Source: an uncultured Oscillospiraceae bacterium (GTDB lineage: Bacteria; Bacillota; Clostridia; Peptostreptococcales; Anaerovoracaceae). From it: 60,461 nucleotides of DNA. Position 1 is the stretch's first letter; the number at the start of each line of letters is the position of its first letter. The stretch spans positions 1 through 60,461 of the forward strand of contig CAZYWO010000001.1 of assembly GCA_964651095.1 (NCBI GenBank), given 5' to 3'. The notes under the pieces were generated by a model. That model was not told where the DNA came from and did not search any database. It saw nothing but the letters and a program-made list of their open reading frames with translations. This document shows positions 46,249-56,375 of the stretch, piece by piece. Made by a program: the position numbers and the translations under genes.

Positions 46249-49200
46249 TTATACCTCCATTTCTAAGTCCTCAGCGGCATCTTGAGCCGCACAGACTTCT
46301 TCAATTAGTTTTTTAAACAGTCCGGGCAAATCCTGTTCCGAAAGCCCTCCCAGATTTGTTTCAATGCGATCGTCCAATAGGCTGTAACGAATTTCTTCAG
46401 AATCAACGAAGTATTCCAAAATATGTATCTCATTTGTTTCTTTGAGAAATTCAAAAGAAAAACAAGGCTCCTTTCCATAGAAATCACCTTGTCTCTCATA
46501 ATGGGCTATGCTGAATATGCTGCCGCCCATGCTTTCAAGCATAAATTTTCCCATCTCTATGTAGGGCGTACCTTCAACAATGGGCGAAAATAATTCTTGT
46601 ACGGTTTCATAAAAAGCTTTTTCCTCCGGATTTTCGGCATCCAGATTAAGTTTGGTATCTATTTCCGCAAGTCTTATTTCCATAGCCTCCAGTTCATCTT
46701 TGTGCTCCCATTCTTTTGTTAAAAGCTCCTTTGCGGCGGCTATATCACTTTCCGTTTCTGATATCTTTTCATTATGCTTTACAATTACATTTTCAAAATC
46801 GTTTAACACATTATCCATTCTTGTAATATTGCCTATGGGGGAGCTGCCAAGCTCTGTTTTGTGAGCTTGCTTTCCCAAAAGAATCATAGCATATGAATAC
46901 TCACCGAAAAAAAGGGAAGGCTCAATTTTTAAGGAGAAGCCACGATAGCTGCCTATGTGTGTGCTTGAATTGTACTTCCGGCACAGCTCAATAATAGCTT
47001 TGCCGGCCTTTTCCTTATTCCTATACACAATTCCTTCGAGGGTTATTTCAAAATCAGGTTTTGTTTCGGCATTGCGGGTTTTTATATCAGCTTCATAATC
47101 TTCAATATATTTTTTATGATACTCTATTTTTTTGGGATACCCGATTTTCAGATTTTGGGCAATTGCTGATTTTTGCAAAACAAACCCATTCTTGAGAAGT
47201 TTCAGCCGCTGGATTTCCGTTTCGAGCTCCATCTTTTCCTTAATGAGCGGATTGCCCGTGGCAAGAGCTTTGATCTCCGCATAGGACAGCACAGTCTCGT
47301 CAACGTCGGAAGCTGACCTTGCAGGCACTTTTCCCGTCATAATCTGAGAAATAAATTTCTGTTTATTTTCAATTATCTGATAGAGATACGCATCGAAGGT
47401 GCCTTCCGTAACATAACGGTGTATGTATACCTTCTTATTTCTGTTTCCCTGACGGATAACCCTTCCTGCCCGCTGCTCCAAATCCCGTGGCCGCCACGGA
47501 CAATCTAAATCGTGGATGGCAATAAGCCTTTCCTGAACGTTGGTTCCGGCTCCCATCTTTTGGGTGCTGCCAATTAATACACGCACCTCTCCGCTGCGCA
47601 CTTTGGCAAACAATTCTTCCTTTGCTGCCTTTGTTTTTGCGCTGTGGATATACGCTATTTCTTCCGGCGGTATTCCCATTTTTATAAGCTTTTCCTTAAG
47701 GTCATCGTAAACGTTGAAATTACTTTTATCCGGAGTTGAAATATCACAGAACACAAGCTGCGTAAGACGTTCGTCCATGCCGTCGCTCCAGTGATTAAAA
47801 ACTCTTTGCGCACACAAATTCACCTTGCTTTGAGAATCATCGGGGGCGAGAGGATTTATCAGCCTTTGGTCAAGGGCCAGCTTCCGCCCATCGTTAGTGA
47901 CCAGAAGCATATTATCTTCTATGGAAATGTCCCCGTCACGGGTAAATTTCATAGGATCTCCCTTTCGTATTCTGTCAGCCCGCATACCGAACGATTTAAC
48001 TATCTTTTTCTGAAGGTCGGAGGGCTTTGATATTTCGGTAATAAACTCAGCTTCGGGAACAGGAAGATTGAGCATGTCGGCAGTCTGAATATCTGCAACC
48101 TCTTTGAACATAGTCATAAGCTCCGGCAGATTATTAAACTTTGCAAAACGTGTTCTGAAACGCTGTCCCGTACCTTCTGGGTTAAGCTCCATAGCCGTGA
48201 CGGTTTCGCCGAAGGTTGAAGCCCAATCGTCAAAATTTATCAGCCCTGATTCGTTCAGAACATCATATTGAAGGTATCGCTGTATGGTATAAAGCTCCGT
48301 CATGGAATTACTTATGGGAGTTCCGGTGGCAAAGATAACACCCCTGCCGCCAGTAATCTCATCGAGATATCGGCACTTCATGAAAAGGTCATTGGATTTC
48401 TGCGCTTCGGTCTGAGCTATGCCGGCGATATTACGCATTTTTGTATACAGATACAAGTTTTTAAATTCATCGCTTTCATCGACAAAAATCCGATCAATGC
48501 CCAATTCTTCAAACTTTATCACATCATCCTTAGTGCCGGTTTCCGTAAGTTTTTTAAGCTTTTCGGTGAGCCTCTTTTTTGTGAGCTCCAACTGCTTCAC
48601 AGACCATCTGTCGGCACTGTTACTGTTGGTTATGGCCTCAGTTATGTCAAAAATCTGCCGTTCCAAATGCTTTTCCTGATATTCCTGAGACATAGGTATC
48701 TTTTCAAATTGACTGTGACCGATAATAACTGCGTCATAATTGTTTGCCGCAATACGTCCGCAGAATTTTTTTCGGGCGGATTTTTCAAAATCCTTTTCCG
48801 TAACGGCAAGTATGTTTGCAGACGGATACAGTCTGAGGAAATCCTTTGCCCACTGGTCCACGATATGATTCGGAACAACAAAAAGAGATTTACTGCATAA
48901 CCCCAGACGTTTGCTTTCCATTGCCGCCGCAATCATTGTAAAGGTCTTTCCTGCGCCCACCGAATGGGCTATCAGTGTATTTCCACCGTAAATCACACGT
49001 GCGGCAGCCACAAGCTGATTGGGGCGGAGGGCTATTTCCGAGTTAATGCCCGAAAGTATCAGATTGCTCCCATCATATTCACGGCTTCGGATTGAATTGA
49101 ATTTTTCATTGTATATATCCTCTAACCGTTTCCTCCTATCGGGGTTCATCCATATCCATTCCTCAAATTTATTTCGTATGTCCCGCTGCTTTTGCTGGGT

Positions 49201-52200
49201 GAGTATTGTGGCCTCGTGGTTTATTACCCGTTTTTCTTTCCCGTTTTCAGTTATGGTTTTATATATTTTTACGTCTTTAAGATTGAGGGTATCTTCAATT
49301 ATTTCAAGAGCATTTTTGTAATTTGTACCGTAAGTTTTATCTGTGTGGACATTGGAAATTATACTCTTACCGTTGACATTCCAATTCCCGGACTCTTTGC
49401 TGTACTGAGCATAGATTTTGTCCTCCTGCCAAAAAGAAGGCTTTGCTATCTCACGGCAAAATTCTGTAATAATATCAGTCGGCACCCAAGTAGAACCCAA
49501 GCGGACGATTATATCTTCGGCGGTAAGCCTTTCCGGCTGAACAGCCTCCAATGCCGATACGTTTATGCTGTATTCTTCGGAATACAGCTCTGCGGCTTTG
49601 CTGGCAAATTCAAGCTTTTCACGTACATTCCCCGAAAGATACTCGCTGCGGACAAGATATTTATTCCCATTAGCCCCTAAGCCGGTTTTGGGATTTAAGA
49701 ATATTTCGCCCTTGAGCTCACTGTACAATTCCGTTTCTGATTTTCCTGTAAGAGCTGACATATAATCCATATCAACCCGTGCCTTTTCCGCATAGGACAA
49801 CGCCAATGCCTCCGAAGCTGTATCAACATGGGTAACAACAGTTTTCGGTCTTATTGTGCGCTCGTTAAAAATCTGTCCCTTTCCGGCAAAGTTTCCCTTG
49901 CTGTCAAAATTCTCTATTGATGCTATAAGGTAATATCCGTCGTCTCTTGAAAAAGCACGTTTATTGATTTTGTCATTTATACGACCAAACCTGTCAGCAA
50001 AGCGGTCATATGTATTATTAAGCTTTTCTTGCAGCTCTTGTACAACTTCATCGCTTTCACCCTCAAGCTGGGCTGCAATGACGCTGCGCACAATGTCACG
50101 CACTTCAATCATTCCCTTTACCCGTTCTTCTGAACTTTTGGGAATGTCGGCAGGATACATTTTGTCGGTTTCCTTGTAATAGATTTTTTCATTGTAAATG
50201 GTATAGGAATAGTTTCTTGCATCCGGATCGGCGGGAATGGGGTTGTTATCTTGCTCGTCAATATCCTCGCCAATTTCGGCTTCTATATATGTTCCGTGTA
50301 TATTTTTTATAGCTTCTTTCAGCTGTTCCTCAAGGGTTACGCCCTCATAAGGAACGACTGTAAAATCATCTTTACCGTACTGAGTGCTTTTTGATGTCTG
50401 ATGTCCAAGTATCATATCCGGATTGTTGATAAAGTAGCTGTTTATGGAAAAACCATCTTTATTTACTCCAAGATGTAACCAATCGGGTTCAATCTCAATC
50501 GGGCTTTCACGCTTCTGCAAAAAGATAATATCCGATACAACGCTTGTACCAGCATTTGCTTTAAATGCTGTATTCGGAAGCCGTATCGCTCCCAAAAGCT
50601 CCGCTCTTTTTGCAAAATACTGTCTTGCTTCGGGCGATTGCTTATCCATAGTATATCGGCTTGTTACAAAGGCAATCACGCCGCCGGGACGAACCTGATC
50701 TATCGCTTTTGCGATAAAATAGTCGTGTATGGGAAAACCGAGCTTGTTATATGCCTTGTCACTTACCTGATACTGTCCGAACGGCACGTTGCCGACTGCC
50801 AAATCGTAAAAATCCCGTCTGTCTGTCGTTTCAAAGCCCGCAACGGTTATATCCGCTTTCGGATAGAGCTGTTTTGCGATTTTACCCGTTATACTGTCAA
50901 GCTCAACTCCGTACAGGTTACTCTGCGACATACTTTCGGGGAGCATACCGAAAAAGTTTCCTACACCCATTGACGGCTCAAGGATATTGCCCTTACTAAA
51001 GCCCATATTTTCAATAGTCTTGTACATAGCCTTGATTATGGTGGGTGGGGTGTAGTGGGCGTCGAGGGTGGAAGCTCTGGCTTGCTCGTATTCTTCAACG
51101 GTAAGCAGCTCTTTCAATTCGGTATATTCCTTCGACCAATTTTCTTTTGATGAATCAAACGCTTCAGGGAGGCCGCCCCAGCCCACGTAACGGGAGAGTA
51201 TTTCCTGTTCTTCGGGAGTGGCAAAACGGTTTTCGCTCTCGCACTGCTTTAGAACACTGATTGCCTCCATATTCATTCTGAACTTTTCCTTTTGCCCGCC
51301 ATAGCCCAACTCGTCATTTGTTATGCGGAAGTTGCGCCGTTCAGAGGTGAGTGTGTCGGTGGAGATGGTATTAACCACTATATCATAGGGCAGATTGTTT
51401 TCTTCCGCATGATATATGGCAGTTGTTTTCTCAGTAAAAGGCTTACTGTCGTGTTTCTGCAAGTCCACAACTCGTTTAAGCCATTCAACGCTTTCGCTTC
51501 GGAATATGGGAAAGCCCGTACCGTTTTGGAAGGTAATGTCTTTAAGCACTGCGTCTTCGCCGCTTATACTGTCAACAACATATTTTCTGTCGCCAATCAT
51601 CAGCTCTTTCCCGATAATATCGGGGGTTTCAGAATAATTAAGCTCCACATCTTCGCCGTTTATTTCCTTAATTTCCCGTTTCTTAACATAGCCTTGTGAG
51701 CGGATATTTGAAAACCACTGCCCGGCAAATGTATTTAATTCTTTGACCGTGGTACTGCCGTTTTCTACTGATTGGTAAACGGCCAATCCGTCCTGACGGT
51801 ATGTTTGGGGAGTAAGTGCCATATTTTCTTTATCAATGATAAATTCCATATCGGGATCATACATTACATCGCCGTTTTGAACATAGAAATGTGATACTGA
51901 TATTCTGTCCTCCGAAAGCCTTTCAATCGTAAGGGGCATAAACGATTCACCCGCCTCAAAGCGGATATACCTTGTTTCCCCGCTTATGATTTCCGGGGCA
52001 AGATCCGACAGAAAATAGTAGTTTCTTTCTTCCGCCGTTTTTCGGTTTGAAGTGCGTTCGGTTCCTGCAAAGGTTTTTTCAACATTTTTCATCATATCCG
52101 TATATGCGGATTTAAAAACATTGTCATACAGTCTTTGCCGAAAATCCATATTATCTGAAAACAAAACGTGGAAGCTCTCATGTTCTTCATCCGTGGGCAG

Positions 52201-55200
52201 CTTAGCTGCCGCACGGTTAACGGCGTTTTCACACTCCCTGCGGATAAGGCCGGTATCACTGCTTTCGGTTGATTGAAGATATTCACTATCACGCAAAACC
52301 GCACTTACGAAGTTGGTGGTATATACCCTTAAAATGTCCGTTTCCGTCTGTATAAACGAAGGATATTTTTCTTCCATGAAGTCCGCAAGCCGTCGAAGGT
52401 TTTCTCCTTTGATATCTCCGTCATCCGACAGCAGAGCAAGATCTGCTTTTTCATTCAGCAATCGTTCGGAAGAATGTTCAAATTCAAGAGTACCGTAATC
52501 GTAAAGCGTTGTTCGGCCCAAGGTATACAGTTGTTCAAGAAACCTTTCATCGCCATTCTCTCCAGACTTTGCCTTAAAGGCTTCTCTTATGTCGTAGGGA
52601 TAAAGCACCGTTTCGACAATCTGGCCTTTTGAGTCGTTACCGTCAGGATTATAATATGTCCACACAATACTTTCGTTTTCGGAATTGTAGATGAATTTGT
52701 TAATGCCTAAAATGAAATGTTTCCGCAGTTCCTGTTCATGAAGTAGCGGATATGTTTCGTCCACAACCTCTGTGTGTAGCTGGATACGAAACTCAGGTAC
52801 ATCGGAATACAGTCGTATAAGCTCTACATCGCCCGAATTGAGAACCGCACGGCGCACAGCAGCATTGCCCTCAATCACGGCATTTTCTCGGTCAGCGTTC
52901 AGACAGGCGTTTCGGTAAAGCATATCGTCCGTTACTGCTGCAATGACTGTCGGTTTATGCTTTGCAAGTGAGGTTTCAATATGTGTAAATGACGGCTCCG
53001 TTTCATATGCATCGATATTGCGTTCTGCCTCACGGTCAACGGACAGCAAAGTATAAATGCCACGCTTGCCCGTATTAGAATCTATTGCGGAAATGGTCAC
53101 ATCATACTTATCCCTGAGTTTTTCGATATTGGCTTCAAGAGTAAAGGCGGGAATACCGCAAAAATCCACCTTGCCGATATTTTTAATCTCTCTTTGTGCG
53201 AGGTGTATATCCAATACATCGGCTGCGATTTTTGCATCTTCGCCGTACATTTCAAAAAAATCTCCGACTTGGAACAGCACTATATCCGATGAATGAGCTT
53301 CTTTTATGGCGGCGTATTCGCTGCGTACATCATTGCTGCCGCTTATTTGTGGTATTTCCTGCTCTGTCTTATGTCGGGAAACATGCTCAAGTTCCTTCGG
53401 GTTTAAATATTTCCCATTTATGATAAGGCTGTTTATACGCCGTTCCGCCTGCTCCCACTTTATGAGAGTTTTTGCGTAGGGTGCGGAAATACCATCGTGG
53501 CCGTACTCAATTCCCTTTCCATCGTGCTTTTCGTAAAATTTTCCGTTATAGCTTCCGCCCATGCCATACTCATCTTTAAGAAACTTTATCCTTTTCGCTT
53601 TATCGGAGTTACCGTCAAAAAAGCGGTATATTCGGTATTTGCTTTCTGAAATATTACTGCCCCGGCTTAATATATTATTTATCTCGTCCTCGGAAATAAA
53701 TCTCTCCGGCGAAGTACGGCTCAGGCTTTCGGCGGTATATTCCTTTCTCGGCAGATACAAATCCCCGATGGCGGCGTCAGCTTCTGGCGGATTGTGAAAC
53801 CGTGAACGCATAATATCGGAGTTTTCGCTGTACAGCTCACAGAGTTTTTCAGTTATACGCTTGGTTTCGTCAAGCCCTTCGGCGGTTTGCAGATGCGCCG
53901 CAATTCTCGCCGTCTCCTTGGGGAAACCTTCTCGGCTCCCAAAAACCTCGGCTTCAAAAAGCGTATTTAATTCGGGATAAACCTCATAATTCAAATCCTG
54001 CTTCATATACCAAAAGGTTTCCGCCGTTTTTTGATACTCGTAGTCTTTCATTTGAAGAAGCACGTCCTTCGGAGCATACCTCCCCAAATCCAGTAAAGCA
54101 TCAATTCGCTCTGAGGCGGCTTCCCATGAAAGCAGCGTTGCTCTTTCTGCCTGTGCCGAGCCGCCAAAGGCAATACGGATTCCGGCCTCGTCCCACCAAG
54201 CGGAAACCTTTACTCCGTCAAGGATAAAGCCCTTGCCGTCAGTGTCGTACAGCTTTTGCAGAAATGCGGCCTTTTCTTCCATGGGTTTGTTTTTACTGAA
54301 CTCAATGCAGATTTCAAGCACGCTGTTTTCCTCATTGGTGCCGTCACAGAGCACCTCGTCAATAACTTGCTGGGGAACAGAAAAAGCGAAGCTCGTCTGC
54401 TCCGCCTCTCCGATATGTTCCTGATACTCTGCCGCAGGCACTGTATCAAGAAAGCTTAACTGTACACTATCTCCCGAAGTACCACTTCCTCCGCCGAATG
54501 CTTGTAGTTGTTCATCAGCCCCGCCCATTTCAGGGGATTGCGCTGCTTCAGTGCTTCGTCCGTCCCGTCCTGTTCGGCCATTCTCTGAATTATCTGCTCC
54601 TCCGTCTGTTCTGCTGTTTCGCTCACTGTTGCCAGATGCTCCGAAAGCTTCCCGTTCCGCAGCAGATCCATCAGTTCCGTCTTTTTGTTCTCCATTAAGT
54701 GTTCCATGCACAGTTTCCCGTACCGGCCTATGGGCTTCCCCGTCTGAAGATACATAGCTTCCAGATTGGGGATATACATTCCGTTCGCTTCCTTGTAAAC
54801 CATTTCCATATACATTCTCCTTTTCTTTACGTTTTACGGTCTTTTCAACCGTTCTTAATATGTTTTGTGCAACGCTGCTGACCTTGCTTCCAAATCCGCT
54901 CAATTCCTCCGGGTCGGAGGGAACGGTAAGCCCGTCTGTAACGATGATGTTATCAGGAGACAATTCCATTCGGCTCAGCAGCATATATATTACCGACGCT
55001 TCCGCTGACGAAAGATACTTCTGGCTCAAATCCGGCATTTCTTTCCTTACTGCATTATGTGCAGAACAGATAACCGCATCAACTATTGTAGTATTTACTT
55101 TTAATCCCCCAAATGAATTTTCAAGTTCTTCAATAACAGCATCTTCGGTTTCCATACGAAACTGCCAGAGCCTTATGTCCTGTCCCTGCCTTCTGTATGT

Positions 55201-55491
55201 GTCGGAAACATCATAAACATACTCTAACTTAAAGCTGTCGCCGACGTCTCTGAGCAAAGCTATTCCCTTCGAGCCCTTATGTATACCTCTTTTCAGGGTG
55301 TCTGTCCAAACCTTAAAAGATGCGCAGGCAGACGCATCGGGCCGCTGAGCATAAATCATAAGCTGATCCATGAATGAATACTTATAGTTCGCTGCTGCGG
55401 TCTTTAAAAATTCTGCCCATTTAGTTCCTCCGCTGCTTACAGACTTAAGCGCATCCTCATAAAGTGCAGCCATCGCCAATATTTTTTTCAA
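46249..55491 (-). CDS. Polyvalent 3080-aa protein: ArdC-N-like ssDNA-binding, MutS-domain-I-like, N6-adenine DNA methyltransferase, SNF2 helicase
   Basis: Uninterrupted 9.2-kb ORF. ArdC-N-like: YSFMDQLMIYAQRPDASACASFKVWTDTLKRGIHKGSKGIALL (about 55100-55430). MutS-I-like: VLFQVGDFFEMYGEDA (53080-53322). MTase motif I EPSMGVGNFFG and motif IV VGNVPFG (about 50400-51200). SNF2 motifs AHSVGAGKTF, FVDESDEFKN and QRAGRVIRQGN (about 47350-49100). Confidence 0.85.
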   Translation of the reverse strand: MKKILAMAALYEDALKSVSSGGTKWAEFLKTAAANYKYSFMDQLMIYAQRPDASACASFKVWTDTLKRGIHKGSKGIALLRDVGDSFKLEYVYDVSDTYRRQGQDIRLWQFRMETEDAVIEELENSFGGLKVNTTIVDAVICSAHNAVRKEMPDLSQKYLSSAEASVIYMLLSRMELSPDNIIVTDGLTVPSDPEELSGFGSKVSSVAQNILRTVEKTVKRKEKENVYGNGLQGSERNVYPQSGSYVSSDGEAHRPVRETVHGTLNGEQKDGTDGSAAEREAFGASGNSERNSRTDGGADNSENGRTGRDGRSTEAAQSPEMGGADEQLQAFGGGSGTSGDSVQLSFLDTVPAAEYQEHIGEAEQTSFAFSVPQQVIDEVLCDGTNEENSVLEICIEFSKNKPMEEKAAFLQKLYDTDGKGFILDGVKVSAWWDEAGIRIAFGGSAQAERATLLSWEAASERIDALLDLGRYAPKDVLLQMKDYEYQKTAETFWYMKQDLNYEVYPELNTLFEAEVFGSREGFPKETARIAAHLQTAEGLDETKRITEKLCELYSENSDIMRSRFHNPPEADAAIGDLYLPRKEYTAESLSRTSPERFISEDEINNILSRGSNISESKYRIYRFFDGNSDKAKRIKFLKDEYGMGGSYNGKFYEKHDGKGIEYGHDGISAPYAKTLIKWEQAERRINSLIINGKYLNPKELEHVSRHKTEQEIPQISGSNDVRSEYAAIKEAHSSDIVLFQVGDFFEMYGEDAKIAADVLDIHLAQREIKNIGKVDFCGIPAFTLEANIEKLRDKYDVTISAIDSNTGKRGIYTLLSVDREAERNIDAYETEPSFTHIETSLAKHKPTVIAAVTDDMLYRNACLNADRENAVIEGNAAVRRAVLNSGDVELIRLYSDVPEFRIQLHTEVVDETYPLLHEQELRKHFILGINKFIYNSENESIVWTYYNPDGNDSKGQIVETVLYPYDIREAFKAKSGENGDERFLEQLYTLGRTTLYDYGTLEFEHSSERLLNEKADLALLSDDGDIKGENLRRLADFMEEKYPSFIQTETDILRVYTTNFVSAVLRDSEYLQSTESSDTGLIRRECENAVNRAAAKLPTDEEHESFHVLFSDNMDFRQRLYDNVFKSAYTDMMKNVEKTFAGTERTSNRKTAEERNYYFLSDLAPEIISGETRYIRFEAGESFMPLTIERLSEDRISVSHFYVQNGDVMYDPDMEFIIDKENMALTPQTYRQDGLAVYQSVENGSTTVKELNTFAGQWFSNIRSQGYVKKREIKEINGEDVELNYSETPDIIGKELMIGDRKYVVDSISGEDAVLKDITFQNGTGFPIFRSESVEWLKRVVDLQKHDSKPFTEKTTAIYHAEENNLPYDIVVNTISTDTLTSERRNFRITNDELGYGGQKEKFRMNMEAISVLKQCESENRFATPEEQEILSRYVGWGGLPEAFDSSKENWSKEYTELKELLTVEEYEQARASTLDAHYTPPTIIKAMYKTIENMGFSKGNILEPSMGVGNFFGMLPESMSQSNLYGVELDSITGKIAKQLYPKADITVAGFETTDRRDFYDLAVGNVPFGQYQVSDKAYNKLGFPIHDYFIAKAIDQVRPGGVIAFVTSRYTMDKQSPEARQYFAKRAELLGAIRLPNTAFKANAGTSVVSDIIFLQKRESPIEIEPDWLHLGVNKDGFSINSYFINNPDMILGHQTSKSTQYGKDDFTVVPYEGVTLEEQLKEAIKNIHGTYIEAEIGEDIDEQDNNPIPADPDARNYSYTIYNEKIYYKETDKMYPADIPKSSEERVKGMIEVRDIVRSVIAAQLEGESDEVVQELQEKLNNTYDRFADRFGRINDKINKRAFSRDDGYYLIASIENFDSKGNFAGKGQIFNERTIRPKTVVTHVDTASEALALSYAEKARVDMDYMSALTGKSETELYSELKGEIFLNPKTGLGANGNKYLVRSEYLSGNVREKLEFASKAAELYSEEYSINVSALEAVQPERLTAEDIIVRLGSTWVPTDIITEFCREIAKPSFWQEDKIYAQYSKESGNWNVNGKSIISNVHTDKTYGTNYKNALEIIEDTLNLKDVKIYKTITENGKEKRVINHEATILTQQKQRDIRNKFEEWIWMNPDRRKRLEDIYNEKFNSIRSREYDGSNLILSGINSEIALRPNQLVAAARVIYGGNTLIAHSVGAGKTFTMIAAAMESKRLGLCSKSLFVVPNHIVDQWAKDFLRLYPSANILAVTEKDFEKSARKKFCGRIAANNYDAVIIGHSQFEKIPMSQEYQEKHLERQIFDITEAITNSNSADRWSVKQLELTKKRLTEKLKKLTETGTKDDVIKFEELGIDRIFVDESDEFKNLYLYTKMRNIAGIAQTEAQKSNDLFMKCRYLDEITGGRGVIFATGTPISNSMTELYTIQRYLQYDVLNESGLINFDDWASTFGETVTAMELNPEGTGQRFRTRFAKFNNLPELMTMFKEVADIQTADMLNLPVPEAEFITEISKPSDLQKKIVKSFGMRADRIRKGDPMKFTRDGDISIEDNMLLVTNDGRKLALDQRLINPLAPDDSQSKVNLCAQRVFNHWSDGMDERLTQLVFCDISTPDKSNFNVYDDLKEKLIKMGIPPEEIAYIHSAKTKAAKEELFAKVRSGEVRVLIGSTQKMGAGTNVQERLIAIHDLDCPWRPRDLEQRAGRVIRQGNRNKKVYIHRYVTEGTFDAYLYQIIENKQKFISQIMTGKVPARSASDVDETVLSYAEIKALATGNPLIKEKMELETEIQRLKLLKNGFVLQKSAIAQNLKIGYPKKIEYHKKYIEDYEADIKTRNAETKPDFEITLEGIVYRNKEKAGKAIIELCRKYNSSTHIGSYRGFSLKIEPSLFFGEYSYAMILLGKQAHKTELGSSPIGNITRMDNVLNDFENVIVKHNEKISETESDIAAAKELLTKEWEHKDELEAMEIRLAEIDTKLNLDAENPEEKAFYETVQELFSPIVEGTPYIEMGKFMLESMGGSIFSIAHYERQGDFYGKEPCFSFEFLKETNEIHILEYFVDSEEIRYSLLDDRIETNLGGLSEQDLPGLFKKLIEEVCAAQDAAEDLEMEV
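54456..54815 (-). CDS. tnpV: TnpV-family protein encoded out of frame inside the 3080-aa ORF
   Basis: 119 aa. YKEANGMYIPNLE...IGRYGKLCMEHLMENKK...LLRNGKLSEHLATVSETAEQ...GTDEALKQRNPLKWAGLMNNYKHSAEEVVLREIVYS follows the recalled TnpV (PF14198) pattern throughout. SD AAAGGAGA at 54823-54816, with ATG codons at 54815, 54809 and 54803. The frame is offset by 1 relative to the giant ORF. Confidence 0.7.
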   Translation of the reverse strand: MYMEMVYKEANGMYIPNLEAMYLQTGKPIGRYGKLCMEHLMENKKTELMDLLRNGKLSEHLATVSETAEQTEEQIIQRMAEQDGTDEALKQRNPLKWAGLMNNYKHSAEEVVLREIVYS

Positions 55492-55552
55492 AACTTTTAC
55501 CTCCCTAAGTTTTATCGCCCCCTCGTGATGTCTGTATTCTTATTTGTTAGAT

Positions 55553-56029
55553 TCATGGCGTTACCGCCTTACTCCACCGGGTTTTCATTTCATGTGGATA
55601 TTGATTTTTATCCTGAGGGCAACTTCGACCGTTCCATTCAATCCCTCCGGCCCTGCCCTCGCACAACCAGCCTGCCGCTTTTAGGCTAACGCCGGTTTCG
55701 CTTTCTAAAATATATGTAATGATTTTGGAATATCCCATAGCACGGGCAGCACGCCATGCCGCCGCATATAAAATGCTACATGCGTTTTTTGTTCCATCGG
55801 TGCAAAGGCGATTGACCTCTAAGGTCATGCCATCGTCAAGATACCTACTCACAGGTCTGCCGCATATGCACACACCCACGAGCCTCCCGTTCTCGCATAC
55901 ACCTATTGAAAACTTATGGCCTCGGCTGGGCTTATGATGGCGGTGGTACTTTGATACAAAATTGTTTGCCTGCCTAAGTGTTATCGGCACTAAACTCAGC
56001 ATGGTGTTGTCTCCAGCCCTAAAAGCCAA
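55553..56029 (-). CDS. GNAT-fold protein (XF1762-like)
   Basis: 158-aa ORF. ANNFVSKYHRHHKPSRGHKFSIGV...GVCICGRPVSR...EVNRLCTDGTKNACSILY resembles the small acetyltransferase-like family found on mobile elements. The likely start is at the internal Met (MLSLVPI). Confidence 0.5.
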   Translation of the reverse strand: MAFRAGDNTMLSLVPITLRQANNFVSKYHRHHKPSRGHKFSIGVCENGRLVGVCICGRPVSRYLDDGMTLEVNRLCTDGTKNACSILYAAAWRAARAMGYSKIITYILESETGVSLKAAGWLCEGRAGGIEWNGRSCPQDKNQYPHEMKTRWSKAVTP

Positions 56030-56214
56030 TCCGCAGAAACATTAAATTCCCGGCATATAGCAATGATACACCTTGCTGATGGAACATTTATGCCATTTTC
56101 CCAGTTGAACCATTGTGTACCGCTCGCTCCTATGCTATCAGCCGCTCTTTGATAGGATAAATTTCTCTCGACACGGAGTTTGTACATTCTGTCGCTTAAT
56201 ATTGTTTCATTCAT
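55996..56214 (-). CDS. XRE-family helix-turn-helix regulator
   Basis: 72 aa. LRVERNLSYQRAADSIGASGTQWFNWENGINVPSARCIIAICREFNVSADWLLGL. AGGAGG SD. Confidence 0.8.
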   Translation of the reverse strand: MNETILSDRMYKLRVERNLSYQRAADSIGASGTQWFNWENGINVPSARCIIAICREFNVSADWLLGLETTPC

Positions 56215-56225
56215 GCTTCCGCCTC

Positions 56226-56375
56226 CTACAGTTCATTGTCTATTTTGGATTCTTCTTTCAGCCATTTCTTTATATGTTCAATACAGTGTGTACAGTTCTG
56301 ACCGAGACAAATCCCTGTACAAAAGCCTGTTTCTACGATATCTTTTATTCCTTCAGCCATTTCCGTCAAGGACAT
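56226..56375 (-). CDS. Possible unannotated 49-aa Cys4 protein
   Basis: Hand translation: MSLTEMAEGIKDIVETGFCTGICLGQNCTHCIEHIKKWLKEESKIDNEL. It fills the gap between two genes, and its stop lies 11 nt before the XRE ATG. Below the ORF-track cutoff. Confidence 0.4.
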   Translation of the reverse strand: MSLTEMAEGIKDIVETGFCTGICLGQNCTHCIEHIKKWLKEESKIDNEL

